NCBI GenBank assembly: GCA_963733675.1
Contig: CAVTET010000001.1
Coordinates: 576,001-640,000 of the forward strand
From: an uncultured Methanosarcinaceae archaeon
GTDB taxonomy: Archaea > Halobacteriota > Methanosarcinia > Methanosarcinales > Methanosarcinaceae
Length of the DNA: 64,000 nt
Direction: 5' to 3'
A model generated the notes under the pieces. That model saw only the letters and a list, made by a program, of their open reading frames with translations. It made no database searches and was not told the origin of the DNA. Shown here piece by piece: positions 36,453 through 46,697 of this stretch. How positions within the stretch are numbered: the first letter of the stretch is position 1; each line of letters begins with the position of its first letter. The translations under genes and the position numbers were made by a program.

Positions 36453-37239
36453 AGGGCGATTCAGTTGTAAATATCCAAATCTTCAGCAGCAGCCTAGTAA
36501 ATACCAAAAATGGAGAACCATATTTACAGCTGAGCCTGGAAATAAAATAATATCTTTTGACCACTCTCAAATAGAGCTTAGGATATTAGGAGACAAAGCA
36601 GTTGAGCTTGCTTTTATAGAAGCTTTTGCTGCAGGTATGAATATTCATACCCTTACTGCTTCTAAGATCTTTAACAAGCCATTTGATAGTATTCAAAAAA
36701 CTGACAAAGAACGCAGTATAGCAAAAACGATTAATTTTGGTTTACTTTACGGGATGTCCGCTAAAGGTCTGATGAAAAAGTTAAAAACAGACGCTGGGAT
36801 TGAACTAACAGAAAATCAGGCTAAAGAGTACATTCGTACTTTTAAGGTAGCTTATCCTTTCATAAGTAGTTATATGGAAAGAATAAGTCAAGAAGGCATA
36901 CAAAATAGAGAATTAAGAAATGCTGCAGGTAGGCTATTAATTATCGATGACGATATAGATGAGAGTGCTGCCGGTAGGGAAGCAATGAATCTACCTATTC
37001 AATCACTATGTGCAGATATGATTAAGGAAGCTCTTCCCCAAATCCAAGCTAAACTTGAGCCTTTAGGTGTAAAATTCATTAATATCGTTCATGATGAGCT
37101 CGTATTTGAGTGTAAAGATGATCAGGCTGAGGAAGTCTGTACTTTTGTAAAAACAATAATGGAAAAAGTAGGGAATAATTACTTAAAGCATATTCCTTGT
37201 GTAGTTGATGTTAAATCCTCAGATTATTGGCAGAAATAA
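36453..37239 (+). pseudogene. Family A DNA polymerase palm/fingers domain, N-terminally truncated
   Basis: GRFSCKYPNLQQQP, FDHSQIELR, RSIAKTINFGLLYG, NLPIQSLCAD, VHDELV. Confidence 0.9.
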
Positions 37240-37606
37240 ACAACATCTAGTCTTTTGATAATGTCTACTTCATCTTTTTCTATTTCTGGTTCTAACTGAT
37301 ATTTCATGTGGAAACAAGTAATCTATCTTACATAATTAAATTTAAAAATGTTGTTTTTTAACGTCAATTTTATTAGTTTTACCCAAAAATAGGAAACTAT
37401 ATTGAGAAAAAAATAGTTCGTTTTAAATATCTTTTATAAAAATTCAAATTTATTCCATCGAGATTTTCTCCATAACCAACTATTCAAGTGTTAAAATGTT
37501 ATTGTTTACCATTACCATTTTGCATTGATGATAACGTATAAGTACTAATAAATAGTATATAGTAGCGTCGTTTCTTGAAAATTGACGGGCTGGTAGATCG
37601 CATAAC

Positions 37607-37831
37607 ATGAAAGGTGATAACACAAGATTTCAACAGAAATTTACAGAAGATATGTTCCTGAATGCTCTATCAATTGACAGCATCAAGTCCAGTGCGACTA
37701 TTATGAATCTAGTAGGATGTAGCAGGTCCACAGCTAAAAACATGCTTTACAAGCTTGTAACTGAAGGGAAAGTGAAAAAAATAGGAATTGAAGGCGACGG
37801 TTACGGTTGGCAGAAAGTAAAAGATGATTAA
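37607..37831 (+). CDS. Small winged-HTH protein
   Basis: IMNLVGCSRSTAKNMLYKLVTEGKVKK. Confidence 0.7.
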   Translation: MKGDNTRFQQKFTEDMFLNALSIDSIKSSATIMNLVGCSRSTAKNMLYKLVTEGKVKKIGIEGDGYGWQKVKDD

Positions 37832-38117
37832 AATGAGTTTTATTGACAACAAGAAGCAAGAAAGCGATCCGGAATTTGTGTTGCAAATAATGCCGGAATT
37901 AAAAGAAGATTATCTCAAAGATCGTCCGTGCAAGTTGGAAAAAGATTCGATAGAGATTTGGAAAGTCGTAAGTGTACTTAATGGAGATTGTGACCTACCA
38001 ATCGAGCAACAATCTTTTTCATGCACTCAGGTACTTTTTGATAAAGAAGGCGAAGATAGATATTTAAATTTATGCGAACAAGCAATGCAAGAGAAAGGAG
38101 TTGCGTTTGATCAATAA
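37824..38117 (+). CDS. Hypothetical protein
   Basis: Overlaps the stop of the previous gene; operon-like. Confidence 0.55.
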   Translation: MIKMSFIDNKKQESDPEFVLQIMPELKEDYLKDRPCKLEKDSIEIWKVVSVLNGDCDLPIEQQSFSCTQVLFDKEGEDRYLNLCEQAMQEKGVAFDQ

Positions 38118-38782
38118 TTGGGTACTATTCATAAATTGGATTGCACTATAGTCAATGAAGGTGGTGATACAGAAGTAAAACCTGTGTTTTTGCTGATTGA
38201 TTCAAAAATTTATCATGAGATAGATTGTAGACATCTACCTGAAGAGTTGTTAAATAAGTTGCTATAAATTGTATGTACCTTGTTTTAATAGAATTGTGGG
38301 GAAAATCAAAATCTTCCTTACTCATTTAGTATTTTAGTATCATTTCTTTGATTATGTGATCAACATTAACATTATTTAGCTTAAGTTATCCTAACTACTC
38401 TAAATACCCTAGACTAAAGAATATGAAATTTATGTGAAAACATTATCCTAAAATTTAAGTACTATATAGCAAATATAAGTTATATATTTTTTATGTGATA
38501 AAAGTGTATGCCAAATATCTCGTGGTTAGTTACCGTGCATGTCAGTAAAGATCATGGGAAATAAAAAAGGTCAAAAAAATGACTTATTATGAGATCAGTG
38601 GTGAGACTTTTATTTAAAGTTTGGTTTGTGAATTATTGCCATACTCAAAACAATCGCTCTTAGAGCCGGAGACCGGCTCAGATTTGATAGCTGTGAACCT
38701 CACTTCTATACAAAACAAAACGAACTAAATATTCAAATACAATACTAGTTAATATTAATTAAAAAGTAAACAAGGTGATAAT

Positions 38783-39234
38783 ATGACTCGTCCTTCTAAA
38801 CTCACTCCGGAAATACAAAAAAGAATCGGTGATAATATTGCACTCGGTTTGACTTATAGATTGGCTGCCGAGTCGGTTGGTATAACCTATAAAACGTTAA
38901 ACGAATGGAATCAGAAGGGGCAGACTGAGAAATCTGGGAAATACTATAAGTTTGCACAATATATCCAAAAATACAATGCTAATGCCGCAAAAGCTCTTTT
39001 GGAACGCATAAATGAATCAGCAAAAGCTGGTGATACGCAAATGTGTACTTGGGGATACTTGAACGCCGTTTTGCGTCAGACTTTGGACGTCGGGTATATA
39101 AGAAAACGAATGTTGTTGCAGAAAATTTGAATCAGAATGTTGAGATAATAGTTCAGGACACAGATGCAATTCGAGAAGAAATTCTAGCAAAGTTTGATCG
39201 GGTTGAAGAAAGTAATGAGTTATTAACTAGTTAA
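38783..39234 (+). pseudogene. HTH/terminase-small-subunit-like protein with frameshift near 39050
   Basis: RPSKLTPE...AAESVGITYKTLNEW; WILERRF motif split across frames; AGGTGA RBS. Confidence 0.65.
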
Positions 39235-39317
39235 GGTTTTTCATTCTAACTTAATCCATTTTTAATAGAAAATATTTTACTATTTATTCTTATCAATGGG
39301 CATAATTGTAGTCGAAC

Positions 39318-39528
39318 TTACCAAAATCTCAACCAAGGTTTCTTAGCTCTCGGAGCTTCAATTGACTTCTGAGTGATGAGTGTTTGAACTTGCATCATAT
39401 AATTCGTGTGCATGTTCTTGATATCTTCAAGTTCTTTTTTAATGTTGCAATATGATCATTCAAAAATCTGTTTTCAGCATCCATGGACTCAAATTCTTTT
39501 TTGTATCCTGATGTCTCACAACTATCAT
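39318..39528 (-). pseudogene. Coiled-coil protein C-terminus truncated by MITE
   Basis: KELEDIKNMHTNYMMQVQTLITQKSIEAPRAKKPWLRFW-TAA. Confidence 0.65.
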
Positions 39529-39678
39529 GGTTCAGTTGCAAAAATAATATTTCTGCATTTTGACACTAGAATTCTCACCTTTAAGTGCCATTTTCTTTCT
39601 AATGAAAATGATTAGTTATCCTAATTATAATGTTTTTCACTGGTTTTGTAAAATAGTCAGATTTTTTGCAACAGAACC
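39529..39678 (+). mobile_element. 150-bp MITE with IS6-type TIRs, copy 3 (more diverged)
   Basis: ggttcagttgcaaaaa...ttttttgcaacagaacc. Confidence 0.88.
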
Positions 39679-39769
39679 TATTTTGCTTACATTACTTCAA
39701 AAAATTTATATTCACGCAATTTTTCCCTACGGCCCTATAAGTTCCCAAAGTCTTATCCAGTAGCAAGCT

Positions 39770-41098
39770 ATTGGGTATTTGACTAAAATAAAGAAAGTAT
39801 TAGGTTTTTCTCTTTACTAGAAGTACTTCCTTTTCTTTTCCAATAATTTCAACTTTTTCTTTAATTCCTATTTCCTCCTCAGACTAGCTTGCCAGTATTC
39901 TCCATTATACCGGACAAGTCCTGACTTTCCTTGTCCCAGAGGATCTATTGTTTGGGCTGTATCACCGATGATTGTTCCTATAACTGGCTTTTTCTTTCGG
40001 ATCTCGGTTACTTTATAAATTGCGAAGACAAGGAAGAGCCCGAAGACAATCGTAGGGATGATAACTGTCAAAGTCATAAGTCTTATGAATTCGCGAGTAT
40101 AGATGTTTTCAGCTCCCGTAGGTACAAAGAGTACACTTCCTATTATAAGACTGATGAAACCGGCAAACCCGAAAATTCCGAAGCCTGGAATTTTAATTTC
40201 CAGGATAAGAAGCCCTATCCCTATAATTATGAGAAAGATTGCACCCACATTTATATTAAACCCTGTACCTATCAACCCAAGTACTATCGCAATGATTCCA
40301 AAAACTTCTACCCCTGATCCAAGATTTGAAATTCCAAAGATAATCCCAGAAAGCCCAATGATTAGGAGAAGAGAGAATTGGATTTGAGATTAGCTCCAAG
40401 AAAGCAAGAGAAAGAGAAGGTTCATAGTTTTCAATGCTGAAGCTTTCAGTTCTGAAAATCTTTCCTTTCACAACCTTTCCGTTGATCTGGATCAACAAAT
40501 CGGAGATAGAAGGAGCTATATATTCTATTACACCTGTGTCTAGTGCTTCTTGCGCGCCAAGATTTTTGTTTTTGGTTATAACTTCTTCTGCAAAGGTCTC
40601 ATTTCTTCCGTGTTTACTGGCGATTGTAACCGAATATTTGACAAGGGCATTTATTATCTTTTCGTCTTCTATTGGTTTTGTCCCTTCTGCAGATATCTAC
40701 ACTGGCTGCGCTGAACCAATTACAGTGAAAGGAGCCATTGCAGCAATATCAGTCCCCATCAAAATAAAAGTACCAGCTGACTAAGCTTTCCCACCCTCAG
40801 GCACATATCCAATAACAGGAACCGTTGTATTCCCAATTCTCTTTATGATTGCCTGTGTTTCTTCCACCCCTCCTCCAGGTGTGTCAAGGCTAATTACAAG
40901 AGCTTCAAAGCCTTCATTTTCAATTTTCGCTATTGCATTAGCTATGATATCATCTGAAGCCGGGATGATGGCTCCTGAAATTTTAAGCACAAGCATCTTA
41001 TTGTTAGATCCTGTCGCAACAATGGAACCAAAATTGGCTATAAGAATGGAGCATAAGAATAAAACAAAGAGGAAACGTGTAACCCTTTCCATAAGCAT
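39770..41098 (-). pseudogene. nfeD: NfeD membrane-bound serine protease with two in-frame TAGs and frameshifts
   Basis: LDTPGG, GKA*SAGTFILM, GSAQPV*ISAEG, GEYWQA; adjacent to stomatin. Confidence 0.85.
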
Positions 41099-41151
41099 GT
41101 TTGTAGGTCCTTTCTTGCCCTTTACTTTTCTTCAGACTCTTGTTTTCATCT

Positions 41152-41931
41152 TTATTGTTCTTTCTTTCTAGAAATAGTCTGAGATAAGGCTGCTATGTTT
41201 CCGGTTTCAAGAGCTTGAGACTGAGTAACCACTATTAAATTCTTTTCACTAGCAATCTCGACAAGAGTCTGCAATTCCCTAAGTTTGATCGCTGTCGGTA
41301 ATTCCTGATAGAAAGCTGCTGCTTCCGACATTTTCTGTGCAGCTTGAGATTCTCCTTCTGCAAGGATTATTCTTGAACGTTTTTCTCTTTCAGCTTCAGC
41401 TTGTTTGGCAATAGCTCTTTTCATCGTATCGGGCAACGATACATCTCTAATAGTAACCGCTGTAACCTTAATTCCCCATGGGTAGGTGTACGCATCCAAG
41501 AGTTCCTGAATTCGCTTGTCGATACGTTCTCTCTCAGAAAGCAGTTCGTCGAGTTCCATCTGACCCAGCACATCCCTAAGTGTTGTCTGTGAAAGCGTGA
41601 ATGTTGCAAACTTATAATTCTCAACCTGAGTTACAGCGGCTCCCGGCTCAATTATCTTATAATAAACAACGGCATCGACATCAACCGTAACGTTGTCTCG
41701 CGTAATTACTGCCTGTTTAGGAATATCAATAGTAACAACTCTAAGGTCTACTTTAATCACTTTATCGACAATCGGAATAATTAGAAAAATACCAGGTCCC
41801 TTTACTCCACTAAGACGACCTAGCCTAAAAATAACTACTCTCTCATATTCGTTAACCATTTTTATGGATTGTGAGAGTATTAAAAATACAACTATTAATG
41901 CTGGAAACAACAAGGCACTAAAGCCAACCAT
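41152..41931 (-). CDS. SPFH/band-7 stomatin-like protein
   Basis: EYERVVIFRLGR, QTTLRDVLG, AKQAEAERE, LRELQTL. Confidence 0.93.
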   Translation of the reverse strand: MVGFSALLFPALIVVFLILSQSIKMVNEYERVVIFRLGRLSGVKGPGIFLIIPIVDKVIKVDLRVVTIDIPKQAVITRDNVTVDVDAVVYYKIIEPGAAVTQVENYKFATFTLSQTTLRDVLGQMELDELLSERERIDKRIQELLDAYTYPWGIKVTAVTIRDVSLPDTMKRAIAKQAEAEREKRSRIILAEGESQAAQKMSEAAAFYQELPTAIKLRELQTLVEIASEKNLIVVTQSQALETGNIAALSQTISRKKEQ

Positions 41932-41986
41932 AATCTACCACATCCAGTTTCATAACCTTTAGTTTCGTGTTTTATAACATCTAGTT

Positions 41987-42475
41987 TTATAATACTTGAC
42001 TGAGATTTAATAATACATTTTCAGCAGTTTCTTTCCTTACAACAAGGACCGCTATTTTCGAGTGTTTGACCACCTTTTCTGCTACGCTTCCAATAAGGAA
42101 TCTCTGAATTGCGGATTTCCCGTGTGAACCCACAACGATAAGATCAATATCGTTTTTTTCTGCAAAGTCAATAATCTCAACTGCAGGGCTTCCTTCTAGA
42201 ATAATGGATTCGACCTCAACATTTGTGGCTCTACCAGCGTTTTCGACATAAGTCGTTGCTTCCTGACCTTCTTGCCTGAGGTGCTCTCTCATTGCTTTTT
42301 CCCATTCTGCATCTATATATGGAGATATTGAATAACCCCCTACTGCAATCACATATGTAGCATACAGCTTTGCCTCGCTAAACTTTGAAATTTCAATTGC
42401 AGAATCAACTGCTTTTCGAACTAGTTCCGAGCCGTCGGTTGCAATCATTATCTTCTTGTAAACAGTACTTTTCAT
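41987..42475 (-). CDS. Universal stress protein
   Basis: KKIMIATDGS, DLIVVGSHG, IGSVAEKVV. Confidence 0.93.
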   Translation of the reverse strand: MKSTVYKKIMIATDGSELVRKAVDSAIEISKFSEAKLYATYVIAVGGYSISPYIDAEWEKAMREHLRQEGQEATTYVENAGRATNVEVESIILEGSPAVEIIDFAEKNDIDLIVVGSHGKSAIQRFLIGSVAEKVVKHSKIAVLVVRKETAENVLLNLSQVL

Positions 42476-42710
42476 ACCTGATTCTCCTTTTCTCTTTTTT
42501 GTTTCTTTCTTCCGGTTCTCAGTTTTATTTATCAGATAACTGCTCCAATTTCACCAATAAAGAAAAATCCAAAAATACATGAGTGTACTCGAGAAGATTA
42601 CACCAAAAATAAGCACTAATATGAATAGCAGTTTTTAAAACATTTAAATAAATATTTATAAAAATAATTGCGGTGCGAAACAAAGTTCTCTACGCACCTT
42701 TGGAAAGGCC

Positions 42711-43088
42711 TTACTTTTTCGCTACAACTATTACAGTTCCTTTCATATAAGGATGAATAGAGCATTCATAATTATAGGCTCCGGGTTCGGTAAACATATA
42801 TTCATAATTTTGTCCTTTGGATATTATTCCAGAAGTGAATATGGTCCCGCTTACTGCATGGTCAGCTGAGTCCATATTAGTCCATTTTACTGTATCCCCT
42901 ACAAATATTTTGACCGATTCAGGCTTAAAAGCAAAGTTCTGAATGATCACATCTACAATCTGACCACTGCTAGATATGCCACCATTGCCTTGTGCACTCA
43001 TTGCTATGCCTATCAACGATACCACAAAAAAGACTAACAGCAAAAGAATCAGTACATTTTTCATTATACTAGATAATTGTTTAAACAT
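42711..43088 (-). CDS. Secreted cupredoxin (plastocyanin/amicyanin-like)
   Basis: GDTVKWTN...H; YECSIHPYMKG type-1 Cu ligands. Confidence 0.9.
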   Translation of the reverse strand: MFKQLSSIMKNVLILLLLVFFVVSLIGIAMSAQGNGGISSSGQIVDVIIQNFAFKPESVKIFVGDTVKWTNMDSADHAVSGTIFTSGIISKGQNYEYMFTEPGAYNYECSIHPYMKGTVIVVAKK

Positions 43089-43772
43089 TCATTTCACCAG
43101 TTTGTTAAAATAAATAATTTTAATGGATTTTGTCTTCTGTGACCTATTAGATCTACCACAAATCAATTGGTTGATAAAGTACATAACCAAAATTTAATCA
43201 TTTCCTGAAACTTTTAAATGTCAAGTATAAATTCTTTTTATTTAGATCGTTTTTTCTACTAATTCTATATAAAATTTAGAAGCATCTGATAAAATTGAGG
43301 TGGGTCTCAAAATTTTTTAGGCTAAAGTATACAAATATTTTCTTTGAATTATTTAAATTTAATTCTAAAAAAAATAGTATTCAAATAAAACTTACTTTCC
43401 CATGAAATATTTTAATATTGAACAACAATTTGATATTAATGAATTTTTATACTTTACCTTTCTAATGACAGGGTACCTAAAAATCTTGTAGGGAAAATCT
43501 GATCGACTCTGCACACTTTTTATTTGTCACAAATTATCAATCAATCACCAAAGAAGTACTAAATTAATATGCTATTTATTGCTTTTTAATTACCTTAAAT
43601 AAGACTTACTCATCCAAACTTCCACATCAAACAATTTTGTCAATATGATACAAGTTTAATTAATTTTTATTACATCCTTCCAATAGATACGATTTTAATT
43701 TGTATTAACAATATTAGGACTTACTCATTTGAAGCACAAAATAAATAGCATTAAACCAATTATTTTATAAAA

Positions 43773-44474
43773 TTAAAATTTTAACTGCGACGTTAAAGAT
43801 ATACCTTGGGAACCTTTATCTCGGAAACCCTTATTTTGACAATTTTTAAATCCGTCAATGTATCCTTGTTTATACTTCACATTGTATCCGTCAGCATACC
43901 CTTTATCGTAGGGAATATTGCTCTTCGATGCCATATTTATATTTGTGTTTCCTCCGTTATTAGGTAATCCAGTCCTACAATCTTTAACTCCGGCGGTATT
44001 TCCGTCGTTATATCCTACATTTTTTGCTTCAGTTGTTCCAACTATGTATCCGTCCGAATAAGTTGTAGTTATGGGAGTGAAAACCTGAAGACCTTCGCTT
44101 TGACAATTTTTGTATCCGTCAATATATCCTTGTTTGTACTCTAGCTTGTATTTAATATTGTGGCCATCAGCGTATCCTATATCATAGGCAGCATCGCTCT
44201 TAGGTGCCATGTTGATGTTTGTGTTTCCTCCATTATTAGGTAATCCACTCTCACAATCATTAAATCCAGCGGTATTTCCGGCGTTGTATCCAGCAGTATT
44301 TGCATCATTTTCTCCGATTGCGTATGCGTAATTATAATTTTGTTTCGACTCGGGCCCCCACCGCAGGTTCAATGATGCACTTATCGATGCAGCTGTCAAT
44401 GACATTACAAAAAAAACTAATAGCAAAATAAACAGTAATTTTTTTACTCTGGCAAATGTTTCCTTATCCATCAT
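43773..44474 (-). CDS. Secreted protein with two tandem GYxxG-rich Cys-containing repeats
   Basis: Signal peptide; GYNxGNTAGxxDCxxGLPNNGGNTNINMA...YKQGYIDGxKNCQ occurs twice; start uncertain. Confidence 0.7.
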   Translation of the reverse strand: MMDKETFARVKKLLFILLLVFFVMSLTAASISASLNLRWGPESKQNYNYAYAIGENDANTAGYNAGNTAGFNDCESGLPNNGGNTNINMAPKSDAAYDIGYADGHNIKYKLEYKQGYIDGYKNCQSEGLQVFTPITTTYSDGYIVGTTEAKNVGYNDGNTAGVKDCRTGLPNNGGNTNINMASKSNIPYDKGYADGYNVKYKQGYIDGFKNCQNKGFRDKGSQGISLTSQLKF

Positions 44475-45526
44475 TAGATCTCCGTGTGTTTGCAAAATTA
44501 GATATGTTTCTACAACAACTTGTTTGCTTACCGACTGTTTACTATTAAGTAAACTTTTCATCTTCAGATCTACTACAAGAATGTATAATTACCATCGAAT
44601 CGTGAAGGATGGATGGTTCAGTAGTCATTTATAGAGTTAGCAATATTCCTTAAAACAGTATTTTTTTGATTTTAAGAATATAAGTTATCAAATGTACTAT
44701 TCATCTTATATACAATTACTATAATATTTTTACTTCATTCTAATTTTTGATATGAAAAAATATATGTAAGCAAAAATTACATTCACAAATTAAATATGAT
44801 AAAGGCCTATAATTCTTGGGATTAGTGCCAATTTACCTACTTTGATCAAAATTAATTCCCAAATAAATAATACTTTTAAGCACAAATTGAAGAATACATC
44901 CTAACATTAATTCGAGTTATTCAAACAAAGTTTCAAAGCATAGTAAAATAAACTAATGTATAAACATAATTACATCACAGTTAACGAAAAATTGTCAAAT
45001 AAATTACCGAGTTGAAACATTTCATGGAAATCATCCTTTTCTCTTTCTGGTCTCGATTTTGATAAAGATCGTACTACGGTTTCTTCCAGAATAATTATAC
45101 CCGCTAAACCATCTACGAAGTATGCGATCTAAACCCTCCTTAGCAACTCTAAAATCATTTAAGGGAGCAAATATCTATTTATGTAACCGGTTGAGAACCT
45201 TACATCACGCCTATCAGTAGCCAATCCGTTGGTCATATTTATGTGCACAAGATTTGATACTACATCTGAATTCACGTGTCTGAGAAAATACCAAGAGATA
45301 TATTCCTCACATGGAGATAAAAGTGAAATCAATCCTATAGTTTTGGTATCAGAAACCGTAACCAGACTGAAACTAGGTACATAAAGTCAAACATAAATTC
45401 ATAAATCAGAAAGATATTGGATGGATATATTCTACTTGCGGTCTTGCAAAGTCACCGAATAAATATATGTTTATTATTTTACTGAAGAAATATTATTTAA
45501 TCTTCAAGCAATAATAAACGAAAGCT

Positions 45527-45564
45527 GTAAACAATATAGGTATTTATGGTAGTTGGAGCTGAAC
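45527..45564. other. attR (element arm plus core)
   Basis: gtaaacaatataggtatttatggta-GTTGGAGCTGAAC. Confidence 0.88.
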
Positions 45565-45878
45565 CAAAGTATTCTCCTTCAAAAGTCATGCAAATTATAA
45601 AAAGTATTATAGCAAGATAAATCTTTAAACAATACCCAGAAATCAAAAAACAGCTTTAGGGTGGTGAACTGTGGAGTGATGGAGGTTACATTGGAACTAT
45701 AGAAGATGGAACAACTTCAGATGTTATCAAAAACGATGTTGAAAATCAGGGAAACAGGGAAGAAAAAGAAGCATATCAGCAAATGAAAATACTCGATTTT
45801 TAATAGTCATTACAACCAGAGCGGTGGCGCGAACATACCCAGTTGCTTGCTGCGGGGTGCGCCAGCGCAACTTTGATT
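45552..45878 (+). mobile_element. tnpA: IS200 element, right half
   Basis: Near-identical to 9623-9949, including the right-end hairpin. Confidence 0.92.
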
Positions 45879-45950
45879 GAATCTATTTATAAAGTTCCTT
45901 TATTGTACCATGCATATGTTATCAGATTTACTTATTTAGATAAAATACTT

Positions 45951-46697
45951 TTATTGTGCCAAGCTTTTGAATTGTGGGTTAATTTCAATCGCTTTATCAT
46001 ATGCTTTTTTTGCTTCATCGGATTTATTCAAATTATCAAGAGCGGCTCCTTTATTATACCAAGCCATTGGATTCTGTGGGCTGATTTCAATTGCTTTATC
46101 ATATGCTTTTATTGCTTCATCAGATTTATTTAAATCATTTAGAGCAATGCCTTTGCCTGTCCAAGCCATCGAATCCTGCGTGTTGATTTCAATTGCCTTG
46201 TCAAATGCTTTTATTGCTTCATCTGATTTTCCTAAATTCCCTAGAGTGTATCCTTTACTGCCCCAAGCAATTGGATCCTGTGGGTTAATTTCAATTGCTT
46301 TATCATATGCTTTTATTGCTTCATCTGATTTATTTAATTCATTTAGAGCAAATCCTTTATTTTTCCAAACCGTTGAATTCTGCGGATTAATTTCAATTGC
46401 TTTGTCAAATGCTTTTATTGCTTCATCTGATTTGCCTGATAGGCCTAAATCAATTCCTTTAATATTCCAAGCCGTTGAATTATGCGGGTTAATTTCAATC
46501 GCTTTATCCTGCATTTTTATGTCATTTTCAATTGCTTTATTTAAATCAGAGACATTGTTGCTGCTGGAGTTCGGAACATCTGTAAGTTGTGCTGCACCTG
46601 CTATACTAACAAGGATCAAAAACGCCAGTGTAGTGATCCCTAGAACTTTCAGAATTGTATGCTTTCTACTTATTTTATCATATTTAGTTTCGTTCAT
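45951..46697 (-). CDS. Secreted TPR-repeat protein
   Basis: Five or more 34-aa repeats W..KG..L..L.KSDEAIKAYDKAIEINP. Confidence 0.9.
   Translation of the reverse strand: MNETKYDKISRKHTILKVLGITTLAFLILVSIAGAAQLTDVPNSSSNNVSDLNKAIENDIKMQDKAIEINPHNSTAWNIKGIDLGLSGKSDEAIKAFDKAIEINPQNSTVWKNKGFALNELNKSDEAIKAYDKAIEINPQDPIAWGSKGYTLGNLGKSDEAIKAFDKAIEINTQDSMAWTGKGIALNDLNKSDEAIKAYDKAIEISPQNPMAWYNKGAALDNLNKSDEAKKAYDKAIEINPQFKSLAQ

Larger units (their letters stand above)
31247..45564. mobile_element. 14.3-kb integrative element inserted in IS200 tnpA
   Basis: Direct repeat GTTGGAGCTGAAC at 31247-31259 and 45552-45564; IS halves join seamlessly; integrase adjacent to attL. Confidence 0.9.

Noticed and set aside
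35250-36470. Programmed frameshifting joining primase and PolA
   Set aside because: Several independent lesions and missing domains point to decay and deletion
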